Source: Chrysomallon squamiferum (lineage: Eukaryota > Animalia > Mollusca). From it: a DNA stretch of 64,000 nucleotides. Below the pieces are notes generated by a model that saw nothing but the letters and a program-made list of their open reading frames with translations, had not been told where the DNA came from and searched no databases. Positions 12,446 to 26,668 of this stretch are shown in pieces (position 1 is the first letter of the stretch; the number at the start of each line of letters is the position of its first letter). Where the stretch lies: positions 18,228,001 through 18,292,000 of the forward strand of contig CM022669.1 in assembly GCA_012295275.1 (NCBI GenBank), written 5' to 3'. The position numbers were made by a program, and so were the translations under genes.

Positions 12446-12965
12446 CATTCATTCTCACGTTCATAATTCCTTCCTTCATTCACAAGTTCATAATTCCTTC
12501 CTTCATTCACAAGTTCATAATTCATTCATTAATTCACACTTCATAATTCATTCGTTCATACACAAGTTCAGAATTCTTTCATAAATTCATAATTCATTCA
12601 TTCATTCACAAGTTCATAATTCATTCCTTTATTCACAAGTTCGTAATTCCTTGCTTCATTCACAAGTTCATAATTCATTCCTTCATTCACAAGTTCATAA
12701 TTCATTCATTAATTCACAGTTCATAATTCATTCATTCATTCACAAGTTCATAATTCATTCATAAATTCATAATTCATTCATTCATTCACCTTTTCATAAT
12801 TCATTCGTTCATTCACAAGTTCATAATTCATTCATTCATTCTCAAGTTCATAATTCATTCATTCAGTCACAAGTTCATAATTCATTCACAAATTCATAAT
12901 TCATTCTCAGGTTCATAATTCATTCATTCATTCTCAAGTTCATAAGTCATTCATTCATTCAAGTT
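12446..12965. repeat. 27-bp minisatellite (CACAAGTTCATAATTCATTCATTCATT) with some shortened units
   Basis: Direct inspection; (TTCA)n-derived unit. Confidence 0.92.
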
Positions 12966-13219
12966 CTGGGAAATACTTATAATTTTTATCTCTTGACCAG
13001 CTCTTATAAATGAATTCGTGCATTTTAACAAATCAGTGCTGTTTTGACACGAACACAAATAATAATAAAAACAAAATAAAAAATAAATTAAAAAAAGAGA
13101 CTGAACAGAAGAAAACATTAGGCATTTTCATAAAAATTTTCTACCGTAAATAACAGTTATTATCGTATTAACAGCAATGATAACATCAACTGACGGGGAG
13201 AAAGAAACGTCTTACAACG

Positions 13220-13292
13220 AAGTGACGTCACAAAGGAAAGGCAAATAATTTTAGCTTGGAAAATTATTTGCCTTTCCTTTGTGACGTCACTT
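13220..13292. repeat. Perfect 33-bp inverted repeat with 7-nt loop
   Basis: AAGTGACGTCACAAAGGAAAGGCAAATAATTTT - AGCTTGG - AAAATTATTTGCCTTTCCTTTGTGACGTCACTT. Confidence 0.97.
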
Positions 13293-13380
13293 GGATATTA
13301 CAGTTTTAATTTATAATGATCTGATTATAATTACCAAATGTTTTTTGATAGATAAAATGTAATAAAATAAAACAAAATAA

Positions 13381-13419
<39 letters not shown>

Positions 13420-13471
13420 ATAGATTTAAAAAGAGAGAATTACTTTAAGTACACAAAAAAAATTATTTTTC

Positions 13472-13507
<36 letters not shown>

Positions 13508-14298
13508 TATATTTATTTATTTAATCATTTATTTATTTATTTATTTTTGTACATCCTAAAGTACAAATTAAGGGCAACGAACTTGTAGGTGCCAGAGAAC
13601 GTTAAAATTTAAGTGCACGAGTCTGCTATTATTGGTGCATCGTGATTAATGTCTTAAAGCGAATGGCAGATCTCGCATATTCCATCCATTTATTTTATCC
13701 ATACACTGACACGTGGAAAGACACCAAAGCAATGTAACATTCCTCAGGCGAGTTGTTAAAAGGAGGAAACGCTGACAGCGTGAAAAGAAATGGATTTTTT
13801 TCAACGACTGTTTACGTAATTTCATTCACAAATGTACAGAGAGGACGTCGTTGTTCCGTGCAAAGGAAATGACGTCATAGGTCGATGACCACTTCAAAAA
13901 TGGATGTGTTTCGAGTTCAGTTCGAATAAGGCAGTTTTAAAGCCTGCGGCATTATACCTTTGTTTTTACGTTCGATTGTTTATAGTAGTGTTTAGAAAGC
14001 TTCAATCCATCCTATTTATTATTATTATTATTATTATTATTTAAATATCTTTTAACTTTATTTTTATATCACTAGTACAACACTGGACTACACATACTCT
14101 TGCTTAGTACATGTTTGTTCTCTCTTCATTCATTCATTTATTCATTCATGATTTCTTTAATGGTATATATGGTATCCCTGACATTTTGTTCTCTCTAAAT
14201 ATAAGGAAAATATCAAATAAAGCACGCTGAATATTTCTCCTATCAGACTGTCTTCTGTCCGTCTATCCGCTTATCCGTCTTCATTTATATTTATCAAT

Positions 14299-14402
<104 letters not shown>

Positions 14403-14900
14403 CTATACATATACATACATACATATATACATACATATACGCACACACATGCATCTGTCTAGATAAGTGTCAGTATATGTCGAATTACATCTGTTCTTTT
14501 AACACTAATGAATTTAATATTTCACGGACATTTTCCCCGAATTTCGTAACAGAGCCTCGACAGTGTTGGAATCTTTTGAAAATCAATAGGCCTCTAATGG
14601 GTAAGCACTATTAACTTTAAAGCAGATGAATGAAAACAGAGACTGACCGGACTACGAAATCTTTAATGAATAATAATACCAAAAAAAAAAAAAAAAGGGC
14701 GACTTTTTGACCGAATTTCCGAGCAACCACAAAGTTCGTGGCCCTCAGCTGTCTGCTGCTTTGTTATCGTCTGCTTTGCTGGATTGAATAATTGCCTTTT
14801 ATAAAACCGAGGTCAGGTTGGTTTGGTCTTATTTCTGTTGCCGTGTCAAATCTTTGGCTGGCTTTGTGACTATCGACTTTTAGCATTAACACCGAGTTGG

Positions 14901-14945
<45 letters not shown>

Positions 14946-14974
14946 GTGGACAAAAAGTAAGAAAGGATAAAGGG

Positions 14975-15018
<44 letters not shown>

Positions 15019-15097
15019 GACAGAGATGTATTAATTGTAATACAGATACAGTAATATTTAGTGTCTGTGTATACCGCGAGAGATAATGCAGTTTAAT

Positions 15098-15174
<77 letters not shown>

Positions 15175-16296
15175 TATGAACTATAATACTGATACAGTAA
15201 AACGTAATGTTCTGTAACAATCTTGACATTAAAAGTAAACAAACATATACACAATAAATTTCGAAAAATCAACGTTAGGTTACTAGTTTGAACTAGGAAA
15301 AACGGAATTTAAAAAAAGTGCACTTTATCGTCTTTTTAGTACTGAATGTCATATTGAAATTAATTTACCGTCTGATCTTTATCTGACACTGTTATGAACG
15401 AGAAATTTTATATTCACTCCAACTTTTAAACATTATTATCTATATATGTATTGTTTACAATATCAAATGAAAAAGTCAGTCATAAATGTTAGTTTTTACT
15501 GTTGCTGTTAATGACTAAACGAACGCTGGGGGTAGAAGCTAGGGGTGTTCAAGTTTTTTGTCTAAGACATTAGCATGTCTGCAAATATATTAAAAAAAAG
15601 AAAAAAAAAAAAAAATGTATATATAATTATTCTCTTTTTTTTCTTCTTTTTCTGCAAGAACAACTTTGACAAGAAGATTTGAAACTAAGGGACCTTCTCA
15701 TAAATTAAAATAAATTTATTCTAAATGAATCAGTACGATATTCTTACATAAAATCCCCTCTGTCTCGTTTTTCGCCTCTCCTGACTAGACATTTGCAGTT
15801 CATGGTAATCGACAACTGGACTTATTCACACAACGTCACCTTCACATTTTACATTTTACATAAAACTGTCTGGTGCGACATTCTTGAACTCAACAACAAT
15901 GCGAAACTGTGGTTCGCAATCACAAATGTGTTATAATAAACTCACCCTCTTCTGTTTTCGTTTTTCTTTTTCTTTTCTTTTTTCTTTTTTTTTTTTTTTT
16001 ATGATTCAGCTGGACTCATAAATAAAATTATCACGAGTTTATTTCTGTACAGAAAATACCATTTTTATAATAATTATGTTGAACCAATCTGCAATGAATC
16101 AGTTTGCAAGGACAACTGCCAGTGCCCTTCGTTCGGGTGTAAAAAAAAATAATTAAATATTGTTATTGTCTATAGAAAAATGGAAACAACGACAACAACA
16201 ACAATAACAACAACAACAGTAACAAAAATAACAACAACAACAACAACAATAGTAATAATGAAGTATAGAAATATCAAAATAATATATATATATATG

Positions 16297-16328
<32 letters not shown>

Positions 16329-16354
16329 TGTATGTATGCTTGTATATATGTGTT

Positions 16355-16407
<53 letters not shown>

Positions 16408-17952
16408 AAAGAAGAAAGCAAAATTAAAAAAAAGTTTAAAATTCGCTGGGTTTTGTTTTTTTTGTTTGTTCTAGAAATTATAACTATAATATCAAAACGT
16501 GTCTTAACGTTTGCATGTGAATCTAATTTATTGTAAGAACTTGTGCGAGGCAACCCTGAACTAAATAAACGACAGACTGGCATCTTTTCCTATCTTCTTT
16601 TAGATTCTAGGTCAAGGTGATTGGCAAAAAGGAAGAAACAAAAATAAGCACCTGAAAGATATTTCTGTTTTACATCATGTTTATTAACCGTGTTCTAAAA
16701 AAGAAAAAAAATGATGATTTGGTGCTTTTTTTTTTTTTTTTTTTTCTCTCTCGGGAAAATGTGATTTCAGGGTTTGAGGAATGGGGGAGTTAATATCATT
16801 CAGCGTTCACGTGAATTAAGAAGAAGTCTTCGAGTCAAGGAATTTCCAAATCAGCTGATCCAAACAGAAATGTGTTTGGAAAAAAATAGCTGTCGATAAG
16901 TACTATGAGCAATAGCTGCAGCCAAAAAAAGGTTGTTTACACCAAGTTTTTACTTATCTGTTGGAACTGCAGCGGCATGCTAGTTTATTTATCTTATTTG
17001 CGTGGAATTGGAGAAAAAGAGATTAGAAAACCGGCGTCTTTCGATTACAGTTCTTTGTTAGAAAGCTTTGACTACGTGTACTGACGAATTTACATGGAGT
17101 TGATATCGCTTCTTTGTTAAAATTGATTTTCACTTTTTGATTGTTTCTGTTAGTGATTTAATCACTATAAGTCATCTGTGTCAGATTTGGTGGATCGAAG
17201 GATCCATTCTTCTCGGTGCACCCCCCTCGTCAGTTTTCCGTAACGAGCAGTACTCGGCTTACGGTTATCACGTGACATGATAAGCTCTTTGCTGACTGGA
17301 GAATGCTGTGCATGCAAAAAAGAACTCTTGTTGCTAAATCAATAAGATTAACTCGTAGGAGAGTTTCAGCGAATTTCTTCTCTCACAGTATAATTCATCT
17401 TTAGTAAAATTATAATCTGTTAAATATCCATTCATTTACAAGCAATTAATAACCGGTGAAAAATAAATAATGTTAAAACATAACTATATCAGTACAAAAA
17501 AACCAAACTCAAAATTGGTGTTGTTTCTGTTCTAATTACAGAAATTTACTTATGGCAGTAATATTATCATTATACAGAATATTTTCTCTATGCTTCTAGA
17601 TGACTATTTCATTTGGTCCCTGTACCAGTATTTTGCTAATAATAAAGGAAACAGTAATTACTTTAAATTCATGAGAATGTATACACTCCTTCCCTAGTCA
17701 TTCTGACGTCATTTTGTTATTACCTCATACAAATACATTTTAAAACCTTGGGTATTCAGACAATGATGTTAGATACAAAAGCGGGAGTGATGTGATATTG
17801 TTTTTTATGGTCATAGAGAAGATTTGATTTAAAAATTTCCTATTTCAGTATTACAGACTTAAAATACAGGAATAGGAAATCAAAGATACGGATTTATCGC
17901 AAATAATACCACCTAATTTAGTCAAAGACTGTCACGAGTAATCTGTTAGTCA

Positions 17953-17984
<32 letters not shown>

Positions 17985-18056
17985 TTTTAAGGTTTCAAGC
18001 AGGCCTCAGTTGACGAACGTCATTTAACAAACGATTAAGGGGTGAACATATTTATA

Positions 18057-18113
18057 GAGAATCGAACTCGGAAACTTCCTGCTCTAAGGTTTAATGTTAT
18101 TACAAACAAGCCT
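18057..18113 (-). mobile_element. Possible degenerate tRNA-derived SINE head
   Basis: Minus strand has a weak A-box-like start (GGCTTGTTTGTAA) and a B-box-like GAGTTCGATTCTC at tRNA-like spacing; no cloverleaf. Confidence 0.25.
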
Positions 18114-18254
18114 TAAAAAAACAAAGCAAGGAGACGTTATTATCAAATTAAGTGTTTCCTCATTTTGACGCGGCGATTGAAATTGTTAGCTAAAACCAGT
18201 AATATCGGTTAATAGGTCACGCACGCAAACAGAAGTATGCATGTGGATAGAATA

Positions 18255-18342
<88 letters not shown>

Positions 18343-18550
18343 TACACATTAGATAAATAGAAGAATGAAAGTTGCATTATTGGCAATTTAATGGCTGCCA
18401 AGTTTTTTACACAATAAAAGTACAAAAAAATAAAAGCCGTTACATAAACAAGATTTTATTTTGTTTATTTTTATATCAATTGGCTCAATTGACAAGTGGA
18501 AAAAAAACCAAATATTTATAATAGAAGAAAAAAGTAAATAATAACAACAA

Positions 18551-18642
<92 letters not shown>

Positions 18643-19142
18643 TAAAAAATGAAGAAGAAAAAGAAAGAAAGAACAAGCACCGAAAAATAAAATAAAAAAT
18701 AAAAATAAAAATAAAAATAAATAAAAATAATATTAGAAAAAAATAAAAATAAAAATAAAAACATAAAATTCATATTTGGCTAAATATTTTTATATTTTTT
18801 TTATTTTTTTTTGTTGTATTTTGTATTTTGTATTTATTATTATTATTAATTTTTTTTTCTTGCAGGGTAAAAAGGTTCATCTGAGAATATATGTGGGTGT
18901 GTCCATAAATATAACACGTTTATTGTGTAACTAGTTAATTAATGAGTGATATGTAATAAAATAGATAAACTAGATAATTACAAAAAATATACAAGAACGC
19001 GCTTAGAATTCCTGTTTTGAATCCGGGCATGATTTATACTGAACAAAAAAGATAGGCACATTACTTAAAAAAAAAAAAAAAAAATAAAAAAATAAAAAAA
19101 TGTCAATCTGACTTAAGCAAAATGGCTGAGAAGGAAAGGAAG

Positions 19143-19204
<62 letters not shown>

Positions 19205-19270
19205 TTCTTTGAACTTTACAAAACTAATAGCCAGTCACAAATTTGATATCTTTGTAACGTGAGATAGGTA

Positions 19271-19310
<40 letters not shown>

Positions 19311-19541
19311 TCCTTAATTTTACTATCCAGTATATGTTTGAAAAAAAGTTTATTCAAGGTTATCTTCCATAGAGTGCACTTTAAAAAGATTCATGCACAC
19401 ATAGCATGCTTGCTCAGAACTGAGGATAAAGTACACAGGAAAAGGTTATACGTATATTTTTATCTGGTTTCTGTTATAGAAAACGTTGCATCATGTTTTT
19501 TTACTTACTTATGAATAGAGTGAAAAAACAGAGGAAGAAGT

Positions 19542-19624
<83 letters not shown>

Positions 19625-20163
19625 ATAACACTCTTTACCACTACTACTACTGGACCTGATAACTAATATTACTACAAATTGACTACGACGTCTGCTATTA
19701 TAATTACTACTATTTCAACCGGATTACTACTTCAGCAACTGCTGCTTTAAATAAATAAATAAATATATAAATAAACCTGATTACCTAACGCAACCAGACT
19801 GGGGGGGGGGGGTACCTCTCTCGTCGTCATGACGACTAACGTATTTAAACACAAAGCGGGTCAAGGTAAACTCGTTGCGCTGTTTGACCTTGGCTGAACG
19901 GGTTTTCACTCGCCGCTAGACGACGGAGCAGGAGTCGGCTCACCGAATTCCGCGACGTGGTCGACGACAGTGTTAGCGAATAACTTAACCGAATTCTGTC
20001 AAACCACAGCTGTCGCTTGAGTGACTGCTGATTCACCTCAGTTACACCGCGTTCAGTGCGACCCTGTCCCAGTACTGTGTCAGTGTAACAGAGAACCAGC
20101 CACTTATTTTTAACTGTGGGCGTGTCCGACGTTTGCGTGGTTTGTGTGTGCATCCATGCGTGA

Positions 20164-20197
<34 letters not shown>

Positions 20198-21194
20198 TCG
20201 TATGTGAATATGTGTGTGTCTGGCTTTTACGCGTGCATTTGTAAATTAAAATATTGACACTACATTGCACTGTTATACCACTGAATATCATGCAATGCCA
20301 TTTTATGCTTTATAATACCATATTATTGTTGTTGTTGTTCTTATTCTTATTATTATTAAACTGCAGTACATTGATTCATACCTCAGAATACGATACAACC
20401 ATATTATGTTTTATAATACCACATGTTAACTTTGTAACTATAATTATAACTAGAATTATACCATCATACAAAGGATCTTCTTTAGACTACACTGTATCAT
20501 AACGTAGAATACCATATAACACCACATTACGCTTTATAATATCTTATCATAATATAACTATGATTGTGACATTATACAACTAAGATTATGGCAACATAGT
20601 ATACAGTATTAAATTTTATGACAGTCATAAATTATTCAACAATATACGACTATGCAGCACTAAACTAGATAACATAATACTACACAACACTACACTAAAA
20701 TTGCCATACAATACTACACTGGATAACATACTATCATAAACATTACCCTACATTAAGAAATAAAACAATGCAATCCAGTTAATTTGTATTCTTGTTTTGG
20801 GAATTGTTATTAATTTGATTTGGCTTGCATCTGATTTTACTTTTAAAATAAATAAATATTCAGCAGAGGAGATTAACGTTTTGTCTTGAAGAGTAAAACA
20901 ATCTAAACATAACTGTTTGTGTCTGAGTGCGTATGTGTGTGTATGTGTGTATGTATGTGTGTATGTGTATCTGTTTGTATATTTAGTATGTATGTACATT
21001 TTTTCTCTCTCTCTCTCCCTCTTCAACATTATTTAGAATCATCTTATCGTGCTCAAAAAATAGTTATTGAATACCGAAAGCTTAAGAAAGTAAGACAGTA
21101 AAACATCTATCGTGAACCCGGAATTAACAGCCTTTATCCACTGTTATGTGAATCAGTTGAAAATCGATTTCTGACGTCGACTTTGATGGACACC

Positions 21195-21710
21195 CGTCGT
21201 TTCATGATGTTAGGTATAAAACGAAACCTTTATATGAGACATACTAAACTTTAGACTAAAATCAATTCATTTCGTGAAACAACAAACATTCCATTTCTTA
21301 GACTTGAAAACGTCCTTTTCAAATTATAGGATAAAATCGGCCCGTTTCGCGAGATACCAGTCCTTTTCGTAGTTCAGGATTAAAACCAGTCCTTTCCGTC
21401 AGAGACCTAAATAAAATTAAATTCATTTCGTGAAACAACAAACTGTCCGTTTCATATTTTAGGACTAAAATGTTTCTGTTCGCGGTGAAATATTAGTCGT
21501 TTCAAAACTTTAGTCCTAAATCATTTCGTTTCGAAAGGCCACAAGTTCGTTTCGAACTTTAGGACACTTGATCAGTTTCATCAGACTACAGTCCGTTTCA
21601 TAAATTAGGTCTAAAATTAATCCGTTTGTTGAGACACTAGTCCGTTTCAAACTTCAGATCTAAAATCGACAGCAGTCCGTTTGAAATCTTAGGTCTGAAA
21701 CCGGTCTGCT
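21195..21710. repeat. Degenerate ~45-50-bp tandem repeat (AGTCCGTTTC...TTAGGACTAAAATC...CGTTTCG.GAGAC)
   Basis: Recurring GTCCGTTTC and TTAGG(A/T)CTAAAA motifs; AATTCATTTCGTGAAACAACAAAC occurs twice exactly. Confidence 0.8.
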
Positions 21711-22156
21711 TTGTGGCTATATGATTCATGTTTCAAAATCTCAGATATGTTATAATAAATAAAATAAAAGATGGTTACGTTTGGGGAAACCTGTACAGCG
21801 GTTAAGTGGGGGTTCACTGTTGTATTTCAAAGGTACGTTACACTGTGCAGCAACACGAACGGTTCACGTGAAGAGTACCACGCTATCTCTTTGTTGCAGA
21901 ATATCGGTTAATTGTCGCTTTTGTACAAGCACGCAATAACTGATACACATCTGTAATTTACTGAAAAGTTTATTTGAAGCCAAGGGCACTGTAAAGTGTA
22001 TCTGTGGTATTTGCTAACATGGGTTAAAAAGAAAAAGAAAATAATATATATATATATATATATTAAAACTTACTTTTCCGTCTTATGATTTTATGTTTTA
22101 TATTTTTCCTTGTTAAATTATTTATTTTGTAGGTGAACTCGTACAGATGACTGTTG

Positions 22157-22205
<49 letters not shown>

Positions 22206-22268
22206 GTAGTAGTAGTAGTAGCAGTAGCAGTAGTATTCTTATTGTTTCTTTTTAGAGTATAATAGTGT

Positions 22269-22300
<32 letters not shown>

Positions 22301-23379
22301 AATGATGAAATTTAAATATCCAAAGAATTTTGACCAGAATAGACTAATTACATCATAGTATTTTTAAAATCTTCTTGACAGTTGTGGTATTTTATTATAT
22401 AATAAATAATTTTTGTAAAAAAGCCCAACATAAATGTGGAAAACTGTTAAGACTTAAATAATTATTATATACCTGATTTATTAGTTTTGCTTTCGGTTAT
22501 TTCTGTTTTCTATGTGACCCTTTACTTTTTCGAAATTAATCGAACGTAAAACGCACATATAAATTTTATATTTCCAGACCACTGTTTTGTTCTGCCCCTT
22601 AAAGTTGTGTATATGACAACTTTACAAGAATTTACAGTGACACATCATCATTATCTTCTGCTTCTTCTTGTTTTTTTTTTCTATATTTGGCTTCTCTTTT
22701 CTTTTTTTCTTTTATTATTCTTAATATCATACTTTGTTATTGACAAATAATTGTCACAGGTACTTCCATTTGACTTAAGTGTTAACTAATTTTGCTCACG
22801 ATGAGTAATATATATATATACACGTACGTCGATTCGTACTCGCACAAAGAAGCATAGAAACCCGGATGTTTATCACGGGAGGTAACTATGTTTAACGGAG
22901 GATATACACAGTTATGCACCCTGCTGATTTTGAAATAAACAGCAAACTAAAATGGTTATTGGTTTTAATTTTCGGAATTATAACGTATAAAGTAAATTTT
23001 AATTGATGCATGGCTGTAAATAAAAGGCTAATAAAACAGTAGGTAATAATAAACAAAAATAGAAAATATATAAACAAATTTGTTTGATTTTCTCATCTGT
23101 TAAAATTAATATGGTTAACGAGTATTATATCAAGGGAGACAACCGTATTGTAAACGATCTCGTACGGCTATGCTAGTTATCACCTCTTTTTATTTAAAAA
23201 ACGAAAAACTCGAACTGATGATAAATTATGTGAAAATGCAGAATCGATTTATTCCTTTTATTGTAAATGCTAGTTATTATATATTTATAAATAGTTTAAA
23301 AAAAAATATATATATAATTTAATTAACCATTGATTCTTAGATATAAATCATTTCACCTAATTTCCTCTTGGATAACCCT

Positions 23380-23424
<45 letters not shown>

Positions 23425-24151
23425 AATAAAGGAGAATACTAAGAAAACCTACAGCCACATTTTAAAATATTTTCATATTATTTTGTCAAAACGTATAAAA
23501 ATAATAAACTTTTTATTTTAATTTTTAATATTCCAAATGAAGTTTTAAAGTTGTATTAATTATTTACGACTTAAATCAGCAATAAAAAGATGACGAGGTA
23601 TTGGAAAAGTCTGAATATAGGCATACACAAATATGCAAAGCCCTGAAAAAGGAAATTTATAGATATACAAGTACAATGATAGACAGCCAGATAGAAAGCT
23701 GGATATACAGACAAACAGATAAATTAAATACCAAAAATAAGATAAAATAAATAGTTATGCAGTGTACTTGTTTGTATGCGTACATTTATAATAGCTGTGC
23801 GTGTTTTTGTTTATGTTGTACGCATGCACGTATTACGCATATATTATATATGTTTGTGTGTGTGTGTGTGTGTGTGAGTACTTTCGTATCTATGTACATG
23901 TACTTATTTATATGAATTATATATATATATATATTTATATAGGCTGCACATGCAAAATCGAGATAATAATTTAAACTGATCCTTAAATAGTATCAAAATA
24001 AATAAATAAATCAATAAATAAATAAATAAATAAATAAATGAATAAATGAATGAATAAATAAATAAATAAATAAATGAATTAATAAATAAATAATGAATTA
24101 ACTAAATAATAATAATAATAATAAATAATAATAATAATAAATAAATAATAA

Positions 24152-24182
<31 letters not shown>

Positions 24183-26026
24183 ACATCTAAATTAAAACCA
24201 ATGTTTGAATAAGAACATATCTTGACTAAAGTTAGAACTTAAATTTTTAAAACCATCTTTATGAAAATATTATTATTATTATTATTATTGATATTGTTTT
24301 ATTTATTAAAAACTCTCCACTTGAAGTCAGTAATCGTGACTTCACACACAATACTTTCTTATGGCAGATCTTGGCATTTTTAAAAAAAAAAAAAAAAAAA
24401 TGACGCTCGCCAGACTGAAATAATTAAACTGTGTATTGAGACCAAAGAGACAATATTTTGTTTTATCTCTGTCTTTGCTTTCAGACGAGTCGTCGCCAGA
24501 ATTATCATCTTCGGACTTGCGTTAAATCGACGAGATTGTGAAAACCAAGGCAAAGAAACAATAGTCATTTTGTCTTTACCAAGAGAAAAGCAATCTGCGA
24601 AAAAAATAAAAAAAAAAAAAAAAAAAAAAATGTCGTCATCGTCTTAAGTTTCTTTAAGGGATCCTCTGTCATTCTTTTTTCTCGCCTTTTTTTTTTCAGC
24701 GATTCCACACGCAACGAAAACAGAATATTTCTTAAGGCTTGTTTAAACAAAGTCGATTTGTCTAATTAAGGAAATTGGCCGCAAAGATCCCGCGTTCACC
24801 GCAAGCGCTGAAAACCACAACTTTAAATTACCATTTGCGGTCTGCGACGATTGCGAACAAGTCGGCAGATGGTTAAGGAGTGAAATATTTCAAATTAGAT
24901 TTTTTTTTTTTTTTTTCTTCTTCTTCTTCTTCTTCTCGATAGTCTTTTAGGATGTTCTGAGAATCGACAACTTTGTTATCGGAAAATAAAACGTAAGATT
25001 AATGAAAGTTGTGGTTTTTAAGGAGTCGCAGCTGGCGCTAACTAAATTATCACCGATGAGACCAAATTGCGCTGGCAGTGATAAGGCAAGTGTCCTTACG
25101 CGCGCGAGCTCTTGTCCGTGATAAGGCCTGTTTGCTTACGCGGTGTTTCATCACGAAAAAAAAATAGAGCGAATATTGCGGGCATTAAACTGTTTTGTTT
25201 CGTACTTTAAAAAATGGAAGATAAAAAAAAAGAATTATAATTTTTTTTTTATTTCAACCCTTTTTGATACAGCGATAAGAAATTACTTGTGACTTTTGTT
25301 CGCTCGCTTGAACGCTATCAGAAAATAATAATAAAAAAAAAAAAAGTCAAGGGTACAGTTCTGAAGTGGCGAAAACAACATTTCATTATCTAGATCTGCG
25401 TATCTGAAGCAATTTGTCAGAAAGTCGCTTCATGTCTGCGGAATCAGTTATTTTCATCTCCTCTCTCAATTCACGAGAGAGCGCCCGGTTCCAGCGGGGT
25501 TACGTTTTTTTACGACATACCAGAAAGTGGCGGATTAACAGAACTCTTTTATCGAATGAAATCACAAAATTGTCTCTTCTTCGCACGTCCTAACTGAAGT
25601 ATCTTCAATCGGCGCATGTCCAATGTTTGATAAGAAACTTCACCAACTTGCTCTTTTTCAATCCAGGGCTTTACTTTTGGTCACCAAGGACTTTCTGTGC
25701 CAAAAAGCATCGAAAATATGTCTTTTGTGTTGGACTTTGATAAGATTATATCTTCCACTGAAAGTAATTGCTTTGGCTGAGTGAGTTCGTGGGGTTGGGC
25801 CGTGAGCTGTGATGTCTCGGGATCTTTTGTTATGTGGTTAATAAAAAAAAAAAAAAAAACACCAAAAAAACCCAAACAGAATCTCGTAGAATATTACATT
25901 ATTCGGATGAAAGATAAGGAATGAAATGAAACAGAGAAAGAGAGAGAGAGAAATAAAAAGAGAAGGTGATGTTTAGGTAGATAAATAGAAATAAAAATAA
26001 AAAATGTTTTTGTGAGTGTGTGTTTA

Positions 26027-26065
<39 letters not shown>

Positions 26066-26072
26066 ATATATA

Positions 26073-26119
<47 letters not shown>

Positions 26120-26463
26120 AGAGAGAGACAGGAAGAGATACATAGAGTGAGAGAGAGAGAAAGAAAGACAGAAACAAAGATATAATGAAATGACAGACAG
26201 ACAGACAGACAGAGAGATAAACAGATAGAGAGATTGGTAGATAGTGATGACTGTCTGCTGGATAGATAAATAAATAAAGAATAAAATAAAATACACAGAC
26301 AAATTGATAGATATAATGAGGAGAATCGGAAAACCCCACCAGAAAGGTAGATGTTGATAGACAAGCACACATACTTACACACGTATACACTGAGGATATA
26401 AATCGAACAGATAAATAGATGAACGGATATGATATGAAGAAAAATACATAAATTGAGAAAGAC

Positions 26464-26551
<88 letters not shown>

Positions 26552-26629
26552 AATAAATAAATTAATATACAATCTGGGAGAATATAAACATAACTTTTTT
26601 CTTCTTCTGCTTCAGCGAATAAGTGAAAA

Positions 26630-26668
<39 letters not shown>

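Noticed and set aside
10384-12965. CRISPR-like arrays
   Set aside because: Units are contiguous with no unique spacers; eukaryotic context, no cas genes.
21545-21600. Hammerhead-like CTGATGA...GAAAC on the minus strand within the degenerate repeat
   Set aside because: Stem II closing pair is not canonical, stems I and III cannot be formed, and other units lack the core.
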